Shown one piece after another: positions 58,260-64,000 of a DNA stretch of 64,000 bases. The notes below the pieces were generated by a model. That model did not search any database. It saw only the letters and a program-made list of their open reading frames with translations, and was not told the DNA's origin. The stretch is from NCBI GenBank assembly GCA_022566265.1, contig JADFJG010000002.1, forward strand, positions 9,173 through 73,172. Direction: 5' to 3'. Each line of letters begins with the position of its first letter. Within the stretch, counting starts at the first letter, position 1. This stretch comes from Pseudomonadota bacterium (GTDB lineage: Bacteria > Pseudomonadota > Alphaproteobacteria > SMXQ01). The position numbers and the translations under genes were made by a program.

Positions 58260-58418
58260 GTGATAAAAAAAGGCCGCACTGGCGGTTACCAATACGGCCC
58301 AAGTTCAGGGAGGAAACGCCTAGTTAGGCGAGTGCAGGAGCAAAAGCCCTGCACCGGCTCATATAGAGCCCAATTATAAAATGGCAACCCCCAATGTGGG
58401 AATTGCCATTTTTTTTTG
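58260..58418 (+). ncRNA. candidate small RNA (predicted promoter plus internal hairpin plus intrinsic terminator) in the AT-rich intergenic region
   Basis: Putative sigma70 promoter GTGACT-n17-TACAAT at ~58224-58252. A downstream GTGCAGG...CCTGCAC hairpin at ~58333-58357. A strong terminator at 58380-58418. No ORF of convincing size or codon bias. Confidence 0.3.
58380..58418 (+). terminator. Rho-independent terminator (8-bp stem AATGGCAA/TTGCCATT with internal CCC/GGG extension, then T9)
   Basis: aAATGGCAAcccccaatgtgggaaTTGCCATTTTTTTTTg. A-rich 5' flank, so it could also function on the minus strand. Confidence 0.75.
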
Positions 58419-58741
58419 CAAGTCTTCTTGCCACGGCGCAGCCCCGCCAAGGATCGACTTTCAGGCGCCGAATGGTTTTTTCAACGCGGGATTTTTGCGC
58501 CGCGGTCTTTCGCGGCACGAACTTTCCCCGCTCGCGCCGTCGTCGGGCAAAGCGCCGCCATTTCCATTTCGTTGGCTCCCCTTCGATATAAATCAAGTTC
58601 CGGCGGCGAAGGGCTTGCTTTGGATGTTGGCCGTTGGTGGCCGCCGCGAGTCGCGTTGGCATGGTGTGTTGGAACGGTGTATTGTCGGGGCAACCGGTAC
58701 AGGGTTGGAACGACCCGTTCATTTTGGCGAGGAGAGTTTAC

Positions 58742-59644
58742 ATGACACCTGGATTTCGAGCTTTGATCGTTAGCGTGCCGCTGATGCTTTTTGTTGCCGG
58801 CTGTGGCTGGAGCAAGATCGATACGATGAAGGACATGACGCCCACGGGCAGCAAGTTCTACCAGGCGCTCTACAGCGAATACGTCAAGGTGGGCGACCGC
58901 GAGGCGAAGGAGGACGACTGGAACAACGCCGTCAAATATGCCGATCGCGCCATCAAATCGGCGTCGGGAGGGCCGGTGTATCCGGAGGCGATCGAGGCCC
59001 GTGATCTTCCCAGGAACACGGTGGGCGATCTCCTTGCCGGCCGCAATCGTCTGACCGCCGCCTTGATCCGCAGTGGCCGGAAGAAAGCGCCCAAGGACGC
59101 GGCGCACGCCCAGGTCATGTTCGATTGCTGGATGGAGGAGCAGGAAGAGAACCATCAGCCGAAGGATATCGCCAAGTGCCGCGCCGCCTTCGAGAAGTCC
59201 CTCGCCAAGGTCGAGAAAGCCCTGAAGAGAAAGAAGAAGCCCAAGGCGAAGGCCAAGGCCAAGGCCATGCCGGCGCCGGAACCCGCGCCCAAGCCGGAGA
59301 AGGCGAGCTTCATCGTCTATTTCGACTTCGACAGCGCCAAAATCACCGCCAAGGGCCGGGCGGTCATCGGTCAGGCCCTGAGTTGGAGCCAGGCCAGGGT
59401 CCCGGGGGAGATCTCCGTGATCGGACACACCGACCGCGCCGGCGCCAACGCCTATAATTCGAAGCTGTCCGAAAGACGGGCGGAGGAGGTTGCCAAAGCC
59501 TTGATCGACGGCGGTCTCGCGCTCGGATTCCTCTTCAAGACCGGGGCGTCCGGCGAGGAGGCGCCGGCGGTGGCAACGGCGGACGGCAAGCGCGAAGCAC
59601 GCAATCGGCGCGTCAAGATCGACCTCGTGCAATTGGCGAGATGA
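58742..59644 (+). CDS. OmpA-family lipoprotein (peptidoglycan-associated)
   Basis: Lipobox LMLFVAGC. C-terminal OmpA-like domain (FDFDSAKIT...IGHTDRAGANAYNSKLSERRAEEVAKAL...NRRVKI). Lys-rich linker KRKKKPKAKAKAKA. Confidence 0.85.
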   Translation: MTPGFRALIVSVPLMLFVAGCGWSKIDTMKDMTPTGSKFYQALYSEYVKVGDREAKEDDWNNAVKYADRAIKSASGGPVYPEAIEARDLPRNTVGDLLAGRNRLTAALIRSGRKKAPKDAAHAQVMFDCWMEEQEENHQPKDIAKCRAAFEKSLAKVEKALKRKKKPKAKAKAKAMPAPEPAPKPEKASFIVYFDFDSAKITAKGRAVIGQALSWSQARVPGEISVIGHTDRAGANAYNSKLSERRAEEVAKALIDGGLALGFLFKTGASGEEAPAVATADGKREARNRRVKIDLVQLAR

Positions 59645-59940
59645 CGATGCACCGCGGGGCCGACCGGTCCGGCGCCAGGCTGGCCTTGTTGCTGGCGCCG
59701 GGGGTCCGTCCATTGGGCCTAAATTGCACCAGGGGCGGCCGCTAGCCGAAAGGGTTGACGTGCATCTTCGGCGGGACTAGGCGCCAGATCGAGAGGCCAA
59801 CTAGGCCCGTGGCCGAACCGCCCCAACGCGAAATCGAAGCCACCGGCCCTCGTGTCGGCGGCGGGTAACGATAAAAAAAATCGGGCGGTGCGCGCAAGCG
59901 GGCGTGCGCCTTCCCGGCGTCTCAGAGAGAGGACTTATCG

Positions 59941-62900
59941 ATGAAAAAGCTGCTCGTCGGCCTTGGCGCCGTCATCGTGTTGCTGGTCACGGCGGTCATC
60001 GCCCTGCCGGTTCTCATCCCTTCGGACACCATCAAGGAGCAAATCTCCGCCCAGGTCCGCGACGCCACCGGGCGCGAGTTGCTGATCGATGGCGAGGTAA
60101 GTTTCTCCCTGGTGCCCAATATCGAGTTCAGCGCCAGCGATATCAGCCTGTCGAACGCGGCGGGCATGACCGATGCCAAAATGCTCTCGCTCGGCGGTAT
60201 CACCGTCAAGATAGGGCTGTTGCCGCTGCTCGGCCGAGAGGTGGTGATCGACACCCTCGTCATTCGCGATCCCGTCCTACATTTGGAGGTCGACAAAGAG
60301 GGACGGCCGAATTGGGCCTTCAAGCCGGCGAAGGCGGGACCATCGGGCGCTGGGGAAGAACCGGCCCAAAAGACGGCGGCATTGCCGTTCTCCGATCTTC
60401 GTCTAGGCGATGTCCGGATCGAGAATGGCCTGGTCTCATTCAACAACGCCTCGACCGGCCAAACCTTGCAGGCCAAGGGGATCGATCTGAAAGTGGCGTT
60501 GGCCGATCTCGGCAGCCCGCTTTCCCTCACCGGCCGCCTGACCCTCAATGACGAGCCCGTGACCCTCGAGCTTTCGGTGAAGACACCGAGGGACCTGCTT
60601 AGCGGCAAGAGCGCGGCCATTCAGACGGCGCTCGTCACCAAGCACCTGACCATCGGCTTCGACGCCAAGATACAGCAGCAGCCGGTGCCGGGCCTCGACG
60701 GCGCCTTCAAGCTCGACATCGCCTCGGTCGGCAGGCTGGCGGCGTGGCTCGGCCAGCCGCTGGACAAGGCACTGCCCGATCCCGGGCCGCTCAAGGTGCG
60801 CGCGACCTTCAAAGGCGACGGCGCCAAGGTGGCGCTCAAGCAAGCGACGATCGAGGGCAAGGGGCTCAAGGCCCAGGCCACCGGCAGCTTCGACGGGACC
60901 GGCAAGATCGCCAAGGTGGTGCTTAACATCGAGACCGGCGTTCTCGACATCGACCGCTATCTGCCGCCGGCGCGGGATAAGAGAGGTCAGAAGGAGATCA
61001 GGGCCGAACCGCCCAAGGGGCAGAAAAAGGCGGCCGACATGCTGGCGGCCTTATCCGATGAGCCTCTCGATTTGAGCGCGCTCAGCCAGACCGACGCCGA
61101 TGTGCGGATCGCCATCGGCGGCATCAAGGTGGCGGGCTTCGAGATCGGACGCGTGGCGTTCACCACCAAACTGACGAAGGGCGTTTTGGCCGCCGAGTTG
61201 AGTGAGCTCCGTCTTTACGGCGGTAACGTCAAGGGCAAGGTGAAGCTCGACGCCTCCGGCGACGCCCTCGCGGTGGAGGCGGCGTTGACCATCGATGGCG
61301 TGAAGCCCGCCAAGCTGGCCCGCACGGCGACCGGCGGCAGGGTGGTGGTGAGCGGTACGGCGTCGGGTTCGGTGAACGCCACCGCGCGCGGCGCCAGCCC
61401 GCGGGCACTGGCGCAAAGTCTCCGCGGCAAGCTCACTTTCGCGCTGGGCGGCGTCGAAATCAAGGACGCGCCGGTGGGCGCCATCACCGATATCAAGGTG
61501 GCCATCGACCTGCCGGGCCTCGAAAGTCCGCCGAGCCTGAAAGGCAGCGTCATCTACAACAAGCAACGGGTCGATCTGACCGCGTCGCTGGATTCGCTCA
61601 AGAAGGTGATGTCGGGCGGGCCGTTCGCGGCCAAGCTATCGGTGGCGACGAAGCACCTTAAGGCCGGTTACGACGGCAAGGTACTTCAACAGCCGGTGCC
61701 CGGTCTCGACGGCGCCTTCAAGCTCGACATCGCCTCGGTCGGTAAGCTGGCGGCATGGCTCGGCCAGCCGCTGGACAAGGCACGGCCCGATCCCGGACCG
61801 CTCAAGGTGCGGGCAACTTTTACCGGTGACGGCGCCAAGGTGGCGCTCAAGCAAGCGACGATCGAGGGCAAGGGGCTCAAGGCCCAGGCCACCGGCAGCT
61901 TCGACGGCTCCGGCAAGATCGCCAAGGTGGTGCTTAACATCGAGACCGGCGTTCTCGACATCGACCGCTATCTGCCGCCGGCGCGGGATCAGAAGGAGAT
62001 AACCGCCGAACCGCCCAAGGGGCGGCAACCGGCGCCCGACATGCTGGCGGCCTTGTCCGATGAGCCTCTCGATTTGAGCGCGCTCAGCCAGACCGACGCC
62101 GATGTGCGGATCGCCATCGGCGGCATCAAGGTGGCGGGCTTCGAGATCGGACGCGTGGCGTTCACCACCAAATTGGCGAAGGGCGTTTTGGCCGCCGAGT
62201 TGAGTGAGCTCGGTCTTTACGGCGGTAACGTCAAGGGCAAGGTGAAGCTCGACGGCTCCGGCGATGCCCTCGCGGTGGAGGTGGCGTTGACCATCGATGG
62301 CGTGAAGCCCGCCAAGCTGGCCCGCACGGCAACCGGCGGCAAGGTGGTGGTGAGCGGTACGGCGTCGGGTTCGGTGAACGCCACCGCGCGCGGCGCCAGC
62401 CCGCGGGCACTGGCGCAAAGTCTCCGCGGCAAACTCGCCTTCGCGCTCGGCGGCGTCGAGATCAAGGACGCACCGGTGGGCGCGATCTCCGATATCAAGG
62501 TGGCCATCGACCTGCCGGGCCTCGAAAGTCCGCCGAGCCTGAAGGGTAGCGTCATCTACAACAAAGAGCGGGTCGATCTGACCGCGTCGCTGGATTCGCT
62601 CAAGAAGGTGATGTCGGGCGGACCCTTCGCGGCCAAGCTATCGGTGGCGACGAAACATCTGAAGGCCGGTTACGACGGCAAGGTACAGCAGCAGCCGGTG
62701 CCCGGTCTCGACGGCGCCTTCAAGCTCGACGTCGCCTCGGTCGGCAAGCTGGCGGCATGGCTCGGCCAGCCGCTGGACAAGGCACGGCCCGATCCCGGGC
62801 CGCTCAAGCTGCGGGCAACCTTCACCAGCGACGGCGCCAAGGTGGCGCTCAAGCAAGCGACGATCGAGGGTAAGGGACTCAAGCTCAAGGCCACCGGCAG

Positions 62901-64000
62901 CTTCGATGGCTCCAATCCCATTCCGCGCTTCAAATCCAATATCGAGATCATGGAAGCGAACCTGAATGCCTATTTGCCGCCGCTCGCAGCCAAGAAAAAA
63001 GCGCCGGCCAAATCCAAAACCGGGAAACAACGGCCCACCGGCTGGAGCCGGGAACCGATCGACTTTTCACCCCTGTCCAAAGCCAATGGCGACATCGACG
63101 TTAAGATCGGCACCATTCGTTATAAGGATCTGCTCATCCAAAACGGCCGCATCAGGGTTTCGATCGCCAACGGTGTTCTCACCACGTCGTTGGAGCAACT
63201 GAAGCTGGCGCAGGGGACGATCTCGGCAACAGCGAAGATCGACGCCTCGAAACCGGCCGCGAGGATCGAATATCAGGCGTCGATCACCGGTGTCGAGTCG
63301 AGGAAGTTATTGAAGACCTTCGCCGACAACGACCGGCTGAGCGGCAGGGTCGATTTCCAGACCAGGGGCAGGGCGCGGGGCCGCAACCAGAGGGAGCTGG
63401 TTGAATCCCTCAACGGGGATGGCAGGTTCAAGTTCATCGACGGCGCCATCCACGGAATCAATCTGGCGGCAACGCTTCGCAAGGCCAAGACCCTGGGGAT
63501 CGGCACCTCCGGGGGTGAAGCGCAGAAGACCGATTTCGCCGAGTTGAGCGGCAGCTTCACGATCAAGAACGGGCTTTTGGAGAACCGCGATTTCAAGATG
63601 CTGGCGCCGTTGATTCGTCTCAGCGGCGCCGGTGTGGTGCCGCTGCCGCCGCAATGGGTCGATTATCTGGTGACGGCGAAGCTTGTCGCCTCCATCAAGG
63701 GCCAGGGTGGAGCTGACGCCCTTGCCGGGTTGCCGATCCCGATCAAAATCGAAGGCCCCTGGAGCAACGTCGGTTATGGCGTCGATTGGAAGAGGGTGTT
63801 CTCCCAGGCGATGTTGGATCCCGAACGCCTCAGGAATATGCCCGCGGACTTACGCGAATCGGCGAAGGGGTTCGGCGTCGATCTGCCGGCTTTCAAGATC
63901 CCCGGCACCGACTTTCTGAAGGGGCTGTTCCAGCCGAAGCAAACACAGCCGGTCGAACCAACGAAGGAACAGGAAGCCCCGCCAGCGCCCAATCCAGCGC
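59941..64000 (+). CDS. AsmA-family outer-membrane biogenesis protein (partial; runs off the 3' end of the window)
   Basis: ATG at 59941 with an N-terminal TM anchor (MKKLLVGLGAVIVLLVTAVIALPVLIPSD), then an AsmA/TamB-like beta-rich sequence. No stop codon in frame before the window end, which is why it is absent from the complete-ORF track. Contains ~334-aa near-identical internal repeats. Confidence 0.8.
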   Translation, partial: MKKLLVGLGAVIVLLVTAVIALPVLIPSDTIKEQISAQVRDATGRELLIDGEVSFSLVPNIEFSASDISLSNAAGMTDAKMLSLGGITVKIGLLPLLGREVVIDTLVIRDPVLHLEVDKEGRPNWAFKPAKAGPSGAGEEPAQKTAALPFSDLRLGDVRIENGLVSFNNASTGQTLQAKGIDLKVALADLGSPLSLTGRLTLNDEPVTLELSVKTPRDLLSGKSAAIQTALVTKHLTIGFDAKIQQQPVPGLDGAFKLDIASVGRLAAWLGQPLDKALPDPGPLKVRATFKGDGAKVALKQATIEGKGLKAQATGSFDGTGKIAKVVLNIETGVLDIDRYLPPARDKRGQKEIRAEPPKGQKKAADMLAALSDEPLDLSALSQTDADVRIAIGGIKVAGFEIGRVAFTTKLTKGVLAAELSELRLYGGNVKGKVKLDASGDALAVEAALTIDGVKPAKLARTATGGRVVVSGTASGSVNATARGASPRALAQSLRGKLTFALGGVEIKDAPVGAITDIKVAIDLPGLESPPSLKGSVIYNKQRVDLTASLDSLKKVMSGGPFAAKLSVATKHLKAGYDGKVLQQPVPGLDGAFKLDIASVGKLAAWLGQPLDKARPDPGPLKVRATFTGDGAKVALKQATIEGKGLKAQATGSFDGSGKIAKVVLNIETGVLDIDRYLPPARDQKEITAEPPKGRQPAPDMLAALSDEPLDLSALSQTDADVRIAIGGIKVAGFEIGRVAFTTKLAKGVLAAELSELGLYGGNVKGKVKLDGSGDALAVEVALTIDGVKPAKLARTATGGKVVVSGTASGSVNATARGASPRALAQSLRGKLAFALGGVEIKDAPVGAISDIKVAIDLPGLESPPSLKGSVIYNKERVDLTASLDSLKKVMSGGPFAAKLSVATKHLKAGYDGKVQQQPVPGLDGAFKLDVASVGKLAAWLGQPLDKARPDPGPLKLRATFTSDGAKVALKQATIEGKGLKLKATGSFDGSNPIPRFKSNIEIMEANLNAYLPPLAAKKKAPAKSKTGKQRPTGWSREPIDFSPLSKANGDIDVKIGTIRYKDLLIQNGRIRVSIANGVLTTSLEQLKLAQGTISATAKIDASKPAARIEYQASITGVESRKLLKTFADNDRLSGRVDFQTRGRARGRNQRELVESLNGDGRFKFIDGAIHGINLAATLRKAKTLGIGTSGGEAQKTDFAELSGSFTIKNGLLENRDFKMLAPLIRLSGAGVVPLPPQWVDYLVTAKLVASIKGQGGADALAGLPIPIKIEGPWSNVGYGVDWKRVFSQAMLDPERLRNMPADLRESAKGFGVDLPAFKIPGTDFLKGLFQPKQTQPVEPTKEQEAPPAPNPA
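60655..62905 (+). repeat. about 1002-bp near-identical tandem repeat (about 2.25 copies) inside the AsmA-family gene
   Basis: Copy 1 is ~60655-61665 and carries a 9-bp indel. Copy 2 is 61666-62667. Partial copy 3 is 62668-~62905. The anchors ggttacgacggcaaggta at 61666 and 62668 give an exact 1002-bp period. Paired spurious antisense ORFs also recur at 1002-bp spacing: 60987/61989 and 61215/62217. Confidence 0.9.

Noticed and set aside
60655-62905. Possible CRISPR array or mobile-element repeats
   Set aside because: The repeat unit is ~1 kb, protein-coding in frame within AsmA, and has no short repeat-spacer periodicity. It is not a CRISPR array. No transposase or integrase genes or inverted terminal repeats were seen anywhere in the window.
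60621-63030. Series of 60-260-aa minus-strand ORFs within the AsmA gene region (some in duplicate)
   Set aside because: They are antisense to an uninterrupted + strand AsmA-family reading frame that is absent from the track only because it has no stop within the window. Their duplication simply mirrors the 1002-bp tandem repeat.

Overview
High-GC (roughly two-thirds G+C) alphaproteobacterial chromosomal window, mostly a conserved housekeeping backbone. The gene order on that backbone is: secG-tpiA, then ppiD-trpE, then trpGDC-moaC-moeA-lexA, then comEC/gltX-gltA, then the large minus-strand block lpxB-lpxI-lpxA-fabZ-lpxD-skp-bamA-rseP-dxr-cdsA-uppS-frr-pyrH-tsf-rpsB-dnaE, then lolCED-proS, and finally an OmpA lipoprotein and an AsmA-family giant protein that runs off the 3' edge of the window. 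Two accessory insertions interrupt this synteny. (1) A co-directional copper-homeostasis cluster at 6.5-11.6 kb sits between trpE and trpGDC. It comprises SCO1/SenC, a periplasmic protein, a Met-rich periplasmic protein, a small Cys-containing membrane protein, a CueR-like MerR regulator and a CopA P1B-ATPase. The CopA carries an N-terminal His-rich tract plus four tandem CPMHP...CPxCGM metal-binding repeats instead of a classical MxCxxC domain. (2) An ~11.6 kb insert lies between lexA and comEC. Its first ~4.2 kb (17.0-21.2 kb) is markedly lower in GC and encodes a 1135-aa NERD(nuclease-related)-NACHT/STAND NTPase with a long helical C-terminal region, plus a 214-aa protein of unknown function. 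This is the best candidate for an undescribed NLR-like antiphage defence system. The remainder of this insert encodes a sulfur/oxidative-stress module: a cysteine-dioxygenase-like cupin, a TauE/SafE exporter, a rhodanese, a single-Cys OxyR-like LysR regulator divergent from a Prx5-type peroxiredoxin, and a truncated haemoglobin. Other notable structure: a ~1002-bp near-identical tandem repeat (about 2.25 copies) inside the AsmA gene, five 30-bp repeats that extend ribosomal protein S2 to 453 aa, a perfect inverted pair of consensus DnaA boxes upstream of dnaE, exact LexA boxes upstream of lexA, and a strong intrinsic terminator with candidate promoter (possible sRNA) in a 740-bp AT-rich intergenic region. 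No rRNA, tRNA or CRISPR arrays were recognised. Many of the long six-frame ORFs are antisense artefacts of the high GC content.
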